A stretch of DNA of 64,000 nucleotides from an uncultured delta proteobacterium (GCA_963745835.1 CAVUZH010000014.1:64001-128000); one strand, 5' to 3'. Shown: positions 51,177 to 61,848, numbered from the stretch's first letter. The notes: a model not told the origin generated them from the letters alone. Numbers and translations are program-made.

Positions 51177-52517
51177 CTACAGGGTTTTAGTCGCCACTGT
51201 CCCCTGATTGTATTTACGAATACCCTCCAGCAGCGCGTCGACCATTGCGTCCTGATGGCCTTCATCGTTCATTGCCCGGCCTTCAACACGATTGGTGATG
51301 AAAAACATCTCCACTAAAACGCTCGGCATCCGGGCCCCCACCAGCACGTAAAACAATGCTTTCTTAACGCCCAGATCTTTGACATCGCTCATCTTGCGCG
51401 ACATGCCGCTGACCACCGCGCCCTGGAGATGGTGCGCCAGACTGATCGAGTCTTCAAGCTTTCCATTCTGCAGCATGTCGCTCAAGATGAACTGCAGGTC
51501 CGAAATATTTTTCCGCGACGTGCTGTTTTCCCGGGCCGCAAGCCGAATCGAGGCTTCATCGCTGGTGTTGTCGAGATAGTAGGTTTCCAGACCTCTGGCT
51601 TCGAGGTTCGGACTCGCGTTCATATGAAGCGAGACGAACAGATCGGCATCCTCGGCGTTGGCGGTGGCAGTGCGGTCTTCCAGCGGGACGTAGCGATCGT
51701 CTTTGCGCGTCAAGATAACTTCGATCCCCAATTCGCGTGTGAGCTTGACCGCCAATTTCTTGGCGATTGACAGAACCAGATCTTTCTCAGCTACCCCGCC
51801 GACACCGATAGCGCCCGGATCCTTGCCGCCGTGGCCCGGGTCCAATACGATTTTACGGATGCCGGGCACCGTAGTCTTCGCCGCTTGCTTAGTTTTTGCG
51901 GTTGTCCTGATAACCGGCTTATCGGCGCCTGACTTAACCGTCTCACCGGTCGGTTGAGGCTGGATATGGATGACCAGTCGATACAAATCGGGGAGTAACG
52001 AAATATCATAAGCGGTGCTATCATCGGCCAAGTCCAAGACTACCCGCACGACATCATCGCTATACTGGCCGACGCGTATCTGGCGCAAAAGCCGGTCACC
52101 AACCGCGAGCGGTTCTTTAGAATTCGTCAGCAGTTGCGCCCCTGAGATGTCGATGTAAGTTCTCGGCGCCAACCCTTTCGACTTATTTCCTTCAAGCCGG
52201 TGAATTTCATATTTAGCTTCTTTCGATAAGTCGAGCAGCACGCGAGTATACCGAGAAGTGGAGATGAAGCGCACCGAACTCACTAAGCTCTTGTCCGTCG
52301 GGCTCGGCGAAAGCTCAGAGTCGGTCTTTGGTTCCTCGGTCGGTTGCGCGCGCCGCGCCGACGGCATGTCAGCTTTTGTTGACTTACCCGGCGATACCGC
52401 GCGGGTTTCTTTGTTGCTTTGAGCCGCAGCAAAAGAATCGAAATGAACCAAAGACATCCCAAGCAAAGCGACAACACCTAGGGCAATAGCCATGTAGCGG
52501 AAGCTTCTTCTCGTCAT
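51177..52517 (-). CDS. amiC: N-acetylmuramoyl-L-alanine amidase with AMIN domain
   Basis: Signal region; AMIN (RVVLDL); DPGHGGKDPGA, EKD, SLHMNA, LVEM; GAGGT RBS before 52517. Confidence 0.88.
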   Translation of the reverse strand: MTRRSFRYMAIALGVVALLGMSLVHFDSFAAAQSNKETRAVSPGKSTKADMPSARRAQPTEEPKTDSELSPSPTDKSLVSSVRFISTSRYTRVLLDLSKEAKYEIHRLEGNKSKGLAPRTYIDISGAQLLTNSKEPLAVGDRLLRQIRVGQYSDDVVRVVLDLADDSTAYDISLLPDLYRLVIHIQPQPTGETVKSGADKPVIRTTAKTKQAAKTTVPGIRKIVLDPGHGGKDPGAIGVGGVAEKDLVLSIAKKLAVKLTRELGIEVILTRKDDRYVPLEDRTATANAEDADLFVSLHMNASPNLEARGLETYYLDNTSDEASIRLAARENSTSRKNISDLQFILSDMLQNGKLEDSISLAHHLQGAVVSGMSRKMSDVKDLGVKKALFYVLVGARMPSVLVEMFFITNRVEGRAMNDEGHQDAMVDALLEGIRKYNQGTVATKTL

Positions 52518-52539
52518 CGGATACCTCATGCGATGGGAA

Positions 52540-55128
52540 TCATTTTTTAGCATCTTCGGTGAGCTTAAAAAGGATATTGAGCGCTTCCACCGGAGTGATC
52601 GTTGATACCTCGATACTCCGCAGTTGTTCCCGAAACCGATCATCGGCGCCTGTAAATAACCCCATCTGCGACGGCTGGTCGCCGATGGCAGGTCCCATAG
52701 ATGCCAAACGCCCGCGACACTCATCCCCGCCGCCCTCGAGTCGCGCGAGAATGGCTTTGGCATGGTCGATCACCGGCGCCGGCAGCCCGGCTAAGCGGGC
52801 CACGTGAATGCCGTAACTGCGGCTGGCCGCGCCTTCGATCAGGTTTCTTAAAAAAATGATATCGCCCTGCCACTCTTTGACAGCGAAGTTGTAATTCTTG
52901 ATTCGTTCTTTGGTGCGCGCGAGATCGGTGAGCTCATGGTAATGGGTGGCAAATAATGTCCGTGGGCGCTCGGCGCGCTCATGCAGGGATTCTGCGACAG
53001 CCCAGGCAATGGAGATCCCGTCGAAGGTGCTGGTGCCGCGACCGACTTCATCCAGGAGTATCAAGCTTCGCTGCGTCGCATGCTCCAAAATGGCAGCGGT
53101 TTCCTTCATCTCGATCATAAAAGTTGATTCACCGCGCGATAGCGAATCGCTAGCGCCGATTCGAGTAAACACACGATCAACCAGGCCGATCCGAGCTTCG
53201 CTCGCCGGCACAAAACTTCCCATCTGCGCCAGAATCGTGATCAAGGCAACCTGGCGCATGTAGGTCGACTTGCCTGCCATGTTGGGTCCAGTCAGGAGCA
53301 AAATCTGCTGCTCCTTGGGATCGATAACGCAGTCATTAGGCACAAAAGCGCCGCGGCCAATGGCGCCTTCGACCACCGGGTGGCGGCCTTCACGCACAGC
53401 CAGGATCAATCCGTCGTCGACTGACGGCGCGACCCAATGGCAGGACTCGGCGACTTCAGCAAACGAGAGCAAAACATCGACGCAAGCCAGCGCTATGCTG
53501 GACTTTTTCAGCCCAGGAAAAGTGCTCGCGACCTGCCCGCGGACACGTCCGAGCAACTCGGCTTCCAATTTTTCTAACAGACTTTGGGAATTAAGAACTC
53601 TGGTTTCGTATTCTTTGAGTTCCGGCGTGATATAGCGTTCGCCATTAACCAGAGTCTGTTTACGAATATAATCCTCAGGCACCGCCTTTAAGTTCGAGCT
53701 GGTTACCTCAATGTAATAACCAAACACACGATTATAGCGCACCTTCAGGGAGTTGATACCGGTGCGACGCCGTTCGGCCGTTTCGAAGGCGGCAATCCAT
53801 TGCTTGGCTTGGCTTCTGCCGCTGCGAATGTCATCGAGTTCCGGGTTGAAACCCTGGCGAATGTAACCGCCGTCTTTCAGTGAAAAAGGCGGATCATCCA
53901 CGACCGCCGTGCTGATGAGTTCGACGATATCCGGCAACTCTGAAAGTTGCTCGCGCAGGGCGCGCAAGATGTAGGTGCTCTCCCCCGCTAATAAGCCCCG
54001 CAAATCCGCTAACGCGAGGAGCGTTTGTTTAATCGCCACCAGATCCCTTGGCGATGCCGTGCCCGCGACCGTACGCGCGGCCAAGCGTTCAAGGTCCTGT
54101 ACATTCTGCAAGGCTCTTTTTAAATCCTGGCGCAATCGGTAATTCTCAACCAGCGCCTGGACACCCGCTTGTCGCTCACGAATGGCGCCGACGTCCAGCA
54201 GAGGGTAAAAGAGCCATTGACGCAGGCGGCGCGCGCCCATCGGAGTTTCAGTTCGATCGAGCACCGAGAGTAGCGAGCCTTTGCGAGTTCCATTGTTACC
54301 GTTGGCGAGCTCGAGATTGCACCGGGTGTTCTCGTCCAGGACCAAATAATGCGAGGCAACGTAGAACTCCAGACCGCCGATCACTTTAAGGAATTCGCCG
54401 ACGTTGACTTCCAAATAGTTGATGATCCCCGAAGCCGCAAAAACACCCTGATGCCGGGCGCCGGCTCTGTCCTGGGAGTCCTCGGCCGTCATCAGCTTGC
54501 GCGCCGCGTCCCCGGAAAAAAACTCTTCCGGCGCTGCCGTAATATGGCGGTTCGAGAATTGTTTGCGCAGCAATCTCAACAGCTCGGCGCCGTTGCGCGG
54601 CGCAATGATTTCACTTGGCGCGATACGGCCGATCTCGTCGAGAAACGACTGTTCCTCGGCAAATTGCGTGCAACGAAATTCGCCGGTGGTGATATCCGTT
54701 AAGGCCAGGCCGAAATTCCGATTATCCTGGCACACGGCAATCAAGAAGTTATTGCCGCGCGCATCGAGCGCTTCCGCGGCGGTAATGGTGCCGGGCGTGA
54801 TGACCCGGACAACTTCACGTTGAACAACTCCTTTGGCTGTCTTAGGATCTTCAATTTGCTCGCAAACGGCGACCTTATGCCCTGCGTCGAGTAGTTTCTG
54901 AATATACGGCTCGGCTGCATGATAAGGCACGCCGCAAAGCGGCACCGGCGACTCTTCGCTTTTGTGCCGCGAGGTCAGCGCGATATCGAGGACTCGAGAT
55001 GCGGTTTGCGCGTCTTCGAAGAACATTTCATAGAAATCACCGAGCCGGAAAAACAGAATCGCGTCGCGGTACCTCTCCTTGATTTGCAGGTACTGCTGCA
55101 TCATCGGAGTGATCTTGGCGGGCTCCAT
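52540..55128 (-). CDS. mutS: DNA mismatch repair protein MutS
   Basis: TPMMQQY, GDFYEMF, TGPNMAGKST, STFMIEM, DEVGRGTS, ATHYHEL. Confidence 0.97.
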   Translation of the reverse strand: MEPAKITPMMQQYLQIKERYRDAILFFRLGDFYEMFFEDAQTASRVLDIALTSRHKSEESPVPLCGVPYHAAEPYIQKLLDAGHKVAVCEQIEDPKTAKGVVQREVVRVITPGTITAAEALDARGNNFLIAVCQDNRNFGLALTDITTGEFRCTQFAEEQSFLDEIGRIAPSEIIAPRNGAELLRLLRKQFSNRHITAAPEEFFSGDAARKLMTAEDSQDRAGARHQGVFAASGIINYLEVNVGEFLKVIGGLEFYVASHYLVLDENTRCNLELANGNNGTRKGSLLSVLDRTETPMGARRLRQWLFYPLLDVGAIRERQAGVQALVENYRLRQDLKRALQNVQDLERLAARTVAGTASPRDLVAIKQTLLALADLRGLLAGESTYILRALREQLSELPDIVELISTAVVDDPPFSLKDGGYIRQGFNPELDDIRSGRSQAKQWIAAFETAERRRTGINSLKVRYNRVFGYYIEVTSSNLKAVPEDYIRKQTLVNGERYITPELKEYETRVLNSQSLLEKLEAELLGRVRGQVASTFPGLKKSSIALACVDVLLSFAEVAESCHWVAPSVDDGLILAVREGRHPVVEGAIGRGAFVPNDCVIDPKEQQILLLTGPNMAGKSTYMRQVALITILAQMGSFVPASEARIGLVDRVFTRIGASDSLSRGESTFMIEMKETAAILEHATQRSLILLDEVGRGTSTFDGISIAWAVAESLHERAERPRTLFATHYHELTDLARTKERIKNYNFAVKEWQGDIIFLRNLIEGAASRSYGIHVARLAGLPAPVIDHAKAILARLEGGGDECRGRLASMGPAIGDQPSQMGLFTGADDRFREQLRSIEVSTITPVEALNILFKLTEDAKK

Positions 55129-55134
55129 CGTTGG

Positions 55135-55617
55135 TCAGGCGGACCCGGCCTGTTTTTCGACGTACCGACGCATTGTCCTCGGGTTTGCTCGGCCGGTTGC
55201 GGCGGCAGCCCGTCTGAGGGAGTTATTGAGCTCGCGTATCAGATGGCCGATGCCGACGGAAAATACGAACTGTCGATCGATTGCATCAAAAATCTTTTCC
55301 CGATCGCTGGTGATGACAAAAAGTTTTTCGCCATCGGTGAGATATCTGAGTGATTCCAGAGCTCGCCCGTGTTCGGCGCTGTAACGTCTCAACGGTTGCA
55401 AGCAGCGCCGAACTTTCCGCAAGCTCAGCCCTCGATGGGTCAGATCCTTCGTCACCTTGAGGCACAGCAGATCGTGGAAAGAGTAAAGCCTTTTGCTACC
55501 CCGTCCCTGCGCAGCCTTTACCGACGGGCGAATAAAGCCGCGCTCGTCCCAATACTGAATCTGGCGGAGAGAAACGCCGGCGATCCGGCTGGCTTCCTTG
55601 CTGTTGTAGGTTTCCAT
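55135..55617 (-). CDS. MerR-family regulator, Rv1830/McdR-like
   Basis: IAGVSLRQIQYW..RPSV...GRGSKRLYSF; C-terminal TDG...TS...QFVF. Confidence 0.85.
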   Translation of the reverse strand: METYNSKEASRIAGVSLRQIQYWDERGFIRPSVKAAQGRGSKRLYSFHDLLCLKVTKDLTHRGLSLRKVRRCLQPLRRYSAEHGRALESLRYLTDGEKLFVITSDREKIFDAIDRQFVFSVGIGHLIRELNNSLRRAAAATGRANPRTMRRYVEKQAGSA

Positions 55618-55650
55618 CGCAAAGCGGGAATGAAAACAAGAGTGGTTTCC

Positions 55651-55679
55651 ACGTTAAACGGCCGCTCCAACAATGTCAA
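55651..55679 (-). promoter_or_regulatory. Sigma-70-like promoter for the merR-mutS operon
   Basis: TTGACA-N17-TAACGT on the minus strand, 33 bp before the ATG. Confidence 0.6.
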
Positions 55680-55714
55680 CAAATTCGTGCTTCCGTTGAC
55701 CATCGCCAAGACAT

Positions 55715-56551
55715 GTGGTGAACACTAGATCTATGGCTTTTCCGTCCAATGTGTATGTTGGAACGTCCGGTTGGACATACCCGGACTGGCTCGGATCGTT
55801 TTATCCGGCAGACTTAAAGCCTCAGGATTTGATTCCACATTATGCGCGCGCCTTTCGTGCCGTCGAGATCGACTCCACCTACTCTACTATTCCGGCGCGC
55901 GCAGTGGTGGCCGGATGGAAGGAAAACACTCCACCAGGATTTGTTTTTGCGGCCCAGGTGCCAGGAGTCATCACGCACCAGAAAGTGATGAAGGATTGCC
56001 AGCGTGAGCTCACGACGTTTTTAAACAGCCTCGAGCTTCTAGGCGACCGCCTCGGCCCGCTGCTGCTTCAATTTCCCTACTTCAACCGAAATGCTTTCGC
56101 TTCACGAGCTCAGTTCGACAAGCTGCTGCAGCCGTTTTTGAAAACGCTGCCAGCGGAATTTCAGTTTGCCGTGGAGATACGAAATAAGAATTGGATCAGC
56201 TGGGACTTTCTCGAAATGTTAAGAGACCACTCGGTGGCTTTCGTGGTTGTCGCCCAGGCTTGGATGCCAAGCATTGATGTGCTCGCGCGCGCACTCGATC
56301 TCCTCTGCGGCGACTTCTTTTATGCGCGCTTCATAGGCGATCGAAAAGAAGCCAAAACTCAGCGCTGGGACCATCTGACTGAGGACAAAACTTCTGAATT
56401 GATAGTCTGGATCGAAGAGCTCAAGAAAATCGCCGAGCGAGCTTCGCGAGAGTACGTCTTTTTCAGCAATTACTATGCAGGCTTTGCGCCGGGTTCGGTG
56501 GAGCTTTTTCACGAGTTATGGCACCGGCGACCGAAGCGCTGCGCGCCCTGA
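55715..56551 (+). CDS. DUF72 family protein
   Basis: VGTSGW, VEIDSTY, LGPLLLQFP, AVEIR, YARFIG. Confidence 0.9.
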   Translation: MVNTRSMAFPSNVYVGTSGWTYPDWLGSFYPADLKPQDLIPHYARAFRAVEIDSTYSTIPARAVVAGWKENTPPGFVFAAQVPGVITHQKVMKDCQRELTTFLNSLELLGDRLGPLLLQFPYFNRNAFASRAQFDKLLQPFLKTLPAEFQFAVEIRNKNWISWDFLEMLRDHSVAFVVVAQAWMPSIDVLARALDLLCGDFFYARFIGDRKEAKTQRWDHLTEDKTSELIVWIEELKKIAERASREYVFFSNYYAGFAPGSVELFHELWHRRPKRCAP

Positions 56552-56606
56552 GGGCGCATAACTCAGCGGCATCGCGATTTACCGCGGCCGATTTTTGAAC
56601 GGCACC

Positions 56607-57554
56607 CTACTTGTGCCCCAGCTCAGCCATGACCTCATTAACGAAGCGCAAATCCATGTACTCACTGGGTTTTCGTTTCGGCTTTGTATTTAACGCAATG
56701 GCTTGCCACTGGGCCATCAACTCCACGCCATTTTCGGTAGGCACCGGCACCAAAGCTTGCCGGATCATCTGATAAGCGTCCTGGGCGGCATCGCGCTCAA
56801 GACCGAGACGCTTCATCGAAACCTGGAGCGCGTCTTCAGGATTATCGCGCGTGTGAATGACAGAGCGAACCATGGCGCGGACCATCTTTTTCACCGTTTG
56901 CGGATTTTCTTTGATCATCCTGCTGGTAGCCGCAAGGCCGGTAAATGCCGTGTCCTTGAAAATGTCGGCAAGGCTCACGAGCCGCTTCATTCCCGCCTTC
57001 ATGGCCAGATAATCTGCCGGAGGCGCCAGCAATGCGGCGGAAATAATTCCCTGTTTCAACGCCGCAATCTTGGGTTCGTTCCCGGGAAGGCTTATATACT
57101 CGACCTCCTTGTCGGGATTGATCTTGTTGAGCTCGAGCAGCGCCTTGGTGCCCGCCGCTGTCGAACCGCCGAAGGTGACACCGATTTTCTTGCCTCTGAG
57201 ATCCGCGATTTTTTGGATATCCGGCGTAACCACGAGCGAGAACGTCGGCCGTCCCACTTGTTGCGCCAGTAACATGATATCGTTTCCTTCCCAGACGGCG
57301 GGCATTTGTGGTCCGATCGAAAAAATGAAGTGGATCTGATTGGCCAGCAGCGCTTGTACGGCGGTGGAAGCGCCACGCACGAAGACCAGCTCCATATCCA
57401 GCCCCTCGCGCTTGTAAAAACCTTTTTCAGCGCCAACCATCATCGGCAGAATTTGGATGCTGGGCGAAGGAAACGCGCCGCGAACTGATTGACTGGCAGC
57501 TTGACTGACAAGCGCGAAAACACCGATCACCGCGATGAGAATACGTTTCCACAT
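56607..57554 (-). CDS. ABC solute-binding protein, NMT1/SsuA-like (orphan)
   Basis: AAGGAG RBS; signal peptide; GFYKREGLD; DLRGKKIGV. Confidence 0.9.
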   Translation of the reverse strand: MWKRILIAVIGVFALVSQAASQSVRGAFPSPSIQILPMMVGAEKGFYKREGLDMELVFVRGASTAVQALLANQIHFIFSIGPQMPAVWEGNDIMLLAQQVGRPTFSLVVTPDIQKIADLRGKKIGVTFGGSTAAGTKALLELNKINPDKEVEYISLPGNEPKIAALKQGIISAALLAPPADYLAMKAGMKRLVSLADIFKDTAFTGLAATSRMIKENPQTVKKMVRAMVRSVIHTRDNPEDALQVSMKRLGLERDAAQDAYQMIRQALVPVPTENGVELMAQWQAIALNTKPKRKPSEYMDLRFVNEVMAELGHK

Positions 57555-57859
57555 AACTTCTCCTTTCACGAATCGGATACCGCTCCAATAAAACGGCAGG
57601 TTTTGAACGTCAAGCTTATTATCCAGGCCAGCGGCTGTGAGTTCCAAGCTTTGATTGCGCCTAACCGGCATAATCTCTCATGCCGCAGACAGTTTTAAAT
57701 CCCTGCTTTTTGTTTTTTCATACCGATTCGCGTAGAGATCGTAATCGAACAGACAAAGCATGCATCGCACCCTGTGGCGCAACTATGATGGCCTTGTCAC
57801 TGTGTCGACCGGGCAGCATCGAGAGCCAGCGCTTAGCTGCCGTAAAGAAGGACCGGACA

Positions 57860-59389
57860 ATGTCTACTCAATGTGTCATCAACCTCGACTTGGCTGACGT
57901 TTGGGACAAGCGTGGACGCAATTCCTTGCGCCGCACCCTCGCATGGGGCGATGAGATCACGGTCACCGATCAAAAGAGCACTCATCTGGAAGTTGAGGTC
58001 ACCAGCTTCAAGACAGGTTCCGACGGGAGCCTAATCCCCTCCACCCGAGGCGGATTCATCGAACCGACAAAAGCTTCGCGCATCAAACCTGGTGACATTA
58101 TCGTGCCGCGGGAACAAAATCAGGTGCTTAAGGTAAACTTCGTCGATGTCCAGCAAGGCGATGGCAGTATCATCGAATCTCCCGATGGAAAGATCATTTT
58201 GGTGGATGGCGGCGATAACCAACTGTTCGCGCGTTACCTGGCGGCCCGGTTTCGCGGCACCAGCTTCGACAAACCTAAACGCGTCGACTGCATTCTTATC
58301 ACCCATGGCGATGCCGACCATTTTTCAGGACTGGTGGAAATTCTTAAATCAGAGATCCACAATAACAAGCTCAAGCGGATCTTCATCCACCCGCAGAGGA
58401 TATACCACAACGGGCTGGTGAAGCGGCCGGCGACAAAGAATAATGAACCGGTTGCCGATCGAGAGCTGCTTGGGCCGACTAAGCAAATCGGCAAGAAAGT
58501 TATCATAACGGGACTCGTCGATGATTTACTGCAGGTGCGTGACGACGAGATGAACCAGCCTTTCCGCCGGTGGAAAGCCGCCTTGAAAGAATATAGTTCT
58601 CGTGGCGCTGTCTCCTTTCGGCGGCTTGAGTTCGGTGACAGTGAAGCATTCGGCTTCTTCAACGACGGCAAGCTGCGGATCGACGTTCTCGGCCCCTCCA
58701 TAACCGAGAGCGGCAACGTGCGCGGGCTCAGATTTCTCGGCACACCGCCCAAAGGACCGCGCGTGGGACATGCCTCTCTTGATTTGGCAGAAGAAGGATT
58801 CACAGGCTTGTCCGCCGGGCACACGATTAATGGTCACTCAATCGTTTTCCGACTGTCTTATGGCGGCTTTAGTTTCCTGTTTGCCGGTGATCTCAACGAA
58901 GAAGCCAGCCGCTTTCTTGCGCGCGAGCACAACCGCGGCGCGCTCAACCTGCGATCGGAAGTCTTCAAAGTTCCCCATCACGGTTCCGCCGACTTCTCCG
59001 GCGGTTTTTTTCAAGCCGTATCGCCGGTGGTGAATATCGTTTCCAGTGGCGACGAGAATGCGCGCAAGGAATACATCCATCCGCGGGCCACGTTGATGGG
59101 AGCCCTGGGACGCTGGTCGCGTGTGCCGGAACCCTTGGTGTTCGTCACCGAGCTGGTGGCCTTTTTCAATGTAGAAGGATGGTCACGACTCACCGATGTA
59201 AAAAAAGCAAAAACCCGGGGTGACTTTTTCGGCTTTAGCCGCTCCGCTTTCGGACTGGTGCAAACTCGCACGGATGGTAAACGTCTGCTGGTCTATACCG
59301 ACAGCGGCAACGTGCAGATGAAGGAGGCTTATGCCTATCAGCTCGACGAATCCGGGGTGCCGATTCCCGCAGCAGTGACACGGGGGTAA
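57860..59389 (+). CDS. ComEC/Rec2-like metallo-beta-lactamase-fold hydrolase with N-terminal extra domain
   Basis: DVQQGDG, LVDGG, THGDADH, NGHS, FAGD, KVPHHGS, YIHP. Confidence 0.85.
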   Translation: MSTQCVINLDLADVWDKRGRNSLRRTLAWGDEITVTDQKSTHLEVEVTSFKTGSDGSLIPSTRGGFIEPTKASRIKPGDIIVPREQNQVLKVNFVDVQQGDGSIIESPDGKIILVDGGDNQLFARYLAARFRGTSFDKPKRVDCILITHGDADHFSGLVEILKSEIHNNKLKRIFIHPQRIYHNGLVKRPATKNNEPVADRELLGPTKQIGKKVIITGLVDDLLQVRDDEMNQPFRRWKAALKEYSSRGAVSFRRLEFGDSEAFGFFNDGKLRIDVLGPSITESGNVRGLRFLGTPPKGPRVGHASLDLAEEGFTGLSAGHTINGHSIVFRLSYGGFSFLFAGDLNEEASRFLAREHNRGALNLRSEVFKVPHHGSADFSGGFFQAVSPVVNIVSSGDENARKEYIHPRATLMGALGRWSRVPEPLVFVTELVAFFNVEGWSRLTDVKKAKTRGDFFGFSRSAFGLVQTRTDGKRLLVYTDSGNVQMKEAYAYQLDESGVPIPAAVTRG

Positions 59390-59895
59390 GATTTTCAAAG
59401 CGTCCGTTTGACAAGCTGCGCTGGCGGATGAATATTGCCGCCATGGCGCGAAAGTTTCTGGCGCTTCCACTGACGGGGATATCTTGGTTCCCCGTTGCCG
59501 ATTTCGACATCTTAGTAGACCCCGACCTGTCCGAGCGGTTCGAGCACTATCTTCCGGCTCAGCTACTGATTGGCTCTGCGACACTTTGGCAAAGAGATAT
59601 CAAAGCTTCACAACTCCGCCGGGCCCTTACCAAATCTATCTCTGGTCAACTCGCTCGAGTTTTCAAATTGGGCAGTGACCGATTTGTGAATCACTCACTC
59701 AGGACGGCCTCGGCTGAATAGAATCGTTTCAACATCCATGTCGTTCGAGAGATTGTTGATTGATCGTCGGCTCGTCGAACTTATGCAACTCCGCATTGGT
59801 TACTTTCCAGCTGCCAGCGTGCACCCCTTTTTCTCCCGTAGGCAAGGCCAAACTCCAAGGAAACCTGTTTCCATACCAATCCAGGATCGAAATAG

Positions 59896-61218
59896 ATGAC
59901 AACCATCGCATTTGAATCGATCGTGATAATCTTCTTGATTATCGCCAACGGACTGTTCGCCATGTCTGAACTTGCAATCGTCGCCGCGCGCAAATCACGG
60001 CTTCGAGATTGGGCGGAAAAAGGCAGCGCCAGCGCCAGATCAGCTTTAGAGCTCGCCGAGAATCCCAACCAATTCTTTTCCACGGTTCAGATCGGCATCA
60101 CGCTTGTAGGTATTCTCGCCGGCGCCTTCGGCGGGCGGACCCTAGCTTCGGAACTCGCTGCATTCTTCGCGGGAATTCCCGCCATTGAACCTTACAGCAG
60201 GACAATCGCTCTCGGTGCCGTCGTCATTTGCATCACGTACTTCTCCGTCGTGCTTGGCGAATTGGTCCCCAAACGAATCGCCTTGAGTCATGCGGAGACA
60301 ATCGCAACTTTTATGGCGGGACCGATGCGACTGTTGTCGGCCATCTCCTCGCCCATCGTTCGGCTTTTGACAGCGTCAACGGATGCGATCTTCAGGTTGC
60401 TCGGCAGTCCGCCCTCTCAGGAGCCTCCCGTCACCGAAGAAGAAATCAAAAGATTGATTCAACAAGGAACCGCAGCGGGAGTTTTCGAAGAGAGCGAGCA
60501 GGATATGATCGAGGCGGTTATCGAGCTGGGCGATAAAAGCGCGCGCGCGCTGATGACGCCGCGCACCCAGATCGTTTGGTTGGATCAAAGCGATCCGATT
60601 GAAGAGATTCGCAGCAGGATCTCCGAGAGCGGACATTCCCGGTTTCCGGTCGGCAACGGCAGCCTCGATAATTTAGTCGGCGTAACCCAAGCCAAGGATC
60701 TTCTGTCCAACGCGCTGTACGGCAAGCCAATAGACCTATCGGCATCTTTACAAGCACCGGTGCTGGTGCCGCGCACATTGACCGCGTTGCAGGTGCTCGA
60801 TTATATCAAACGCTCGGGCAGCCACCTGGTGCTGGTAGTGGACGAGTATGGGGGCATCGAGGGGTTGCTGACCCATCACGATGTCCTCGAAGCCATCGCC
60901 GGCGATATGCCGTTCGGCGAAACCGTCACGCCGCCGAAGGCTGTGCAACGCCCCGACGGCTCATGGCTGGTGGATGGAATGATCCCGGTCGACGAGTTCA
61001 AAGAAATCTTTGATCTCGACAGCCTCCCAGGAGAAAAGCAAGACGCCTATCAAACCTTGGGCGGTTTTATTTTTACCAGGATGGGTCGCGTGCCGTCGGT
61101 ATCGGAATCCTTTGAGTGGAATGGTTTGCGCTTTGAGATTGTCGATATGGACGGCAAGCGCATTGACAAAGTACTTGTATCACACGTGACAAATGAAGAG
61201 AGCCCGGAGGAAGCTTAA
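59896..61218 (+). CDS. CNNM/CorB hemolysin-family protein (DUF21-CBS-CorC)
   Basis: NGLFAMSE, STVQIGIT, GELVPK, MTPR, VVDEYGG, YQTLGG. Confidence 0.93.
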   Translation: MTTIAFESIVIIFLIIANGLFAMSELAIVAARKSRLRDWAEKGSASARSALELAENPNQFFSTVQIGITLVGILAGAFGGRTLASELAAFFAGIPAIEPYSRTIALGAVVICITYFSVVLGELVPKRIALSHAETIATFMAGPMRLLSAISSPIVRLLTASTDAIFRLLGSPPSQEPPVTEEEIKRLIQQGTAAGVFEESEQDMIEAVIELGDKSARALMTPRTQIVWLDQSDPIEEIRSRISESGHSRFPVGNGSLDNLVGVTQAKDLLSNALYGKPIDLSASLQAPVLVPRTLTALQVLDYIKRSGSHLVLVVDEYGGIEGLLTHHDVLEAIAGDMPFGETVTPPKAVQRPDGSWLVDGMIPVDEFKEIFDLDSLPGEKQDAYQTLGGFIFTRMGRVPSVSESFEWNGLRFEIVDMDGKRIDKVLVSHVTNEESPEEA

Positions 61219-61340
61219 CTTGATCCAAAGACTGACTGGTAGAGAACGATGTCCGACTTAAGCGGCTCCAATGAGCGGGTTTTTAGAGACGCGTGCAATT
61301 CGCTGGCGGCAAAATCTTCGTAGCCGGACTTGGCAATTTT

Positions 61341-61821
61341 TTATGGCAGTTGTCGTGACCCCATAACGAATATTGTGCGTCAGTTCCAAACCGATGGCCA
61401 AAACCACCGTAATCAAAAGCGCAGCAAAAATTACCACGATCGAGCGGGCGCTTCGTAGCGAAACCCCGACCCGCTCAAAATTTCAGCGCGTCAGCCAATT
61501 GAGCAGGGGCGGCTTCTCGATTCTCGGATTTCCGTCCAGAATCGGCACGAGCCAGACATCTTCCTCGATCATCGTAAGTGCCGTTCTAAATACCCGGTGA
61601 TATTCATCCGTTGAAGTTGGACCGGACTGGTTACCGATTCCCCGAGCCGTAATAAGAACCACGAACGTAAACACAACGGCCCATAAGATTGCCCTGTGGT
61701 GTCGAAAAAATTCGTCACAACGATTGAAAAGGGAATGGAAACGGCCCCGGCCCAGCAAGTGACCGACGCAAGATGAAGATACGCAGCAAGCAGTCAGGCA
61801 AACGGCAGAAAAACGCGCCAC
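61341..61821 (-). pseudogene. Truncated ArnT/GT39-like glycosyltransferase remnant
   Basis: DEY...WLVPILDGNPRIEKPPLLNWL motif, in-frame TGA at 61483-61485, then one more TM-like stretch. Confidence 0.7.
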
Positions 61822-61848
61822 ACTCCTGCGCTATTTTACAAACGCCGG

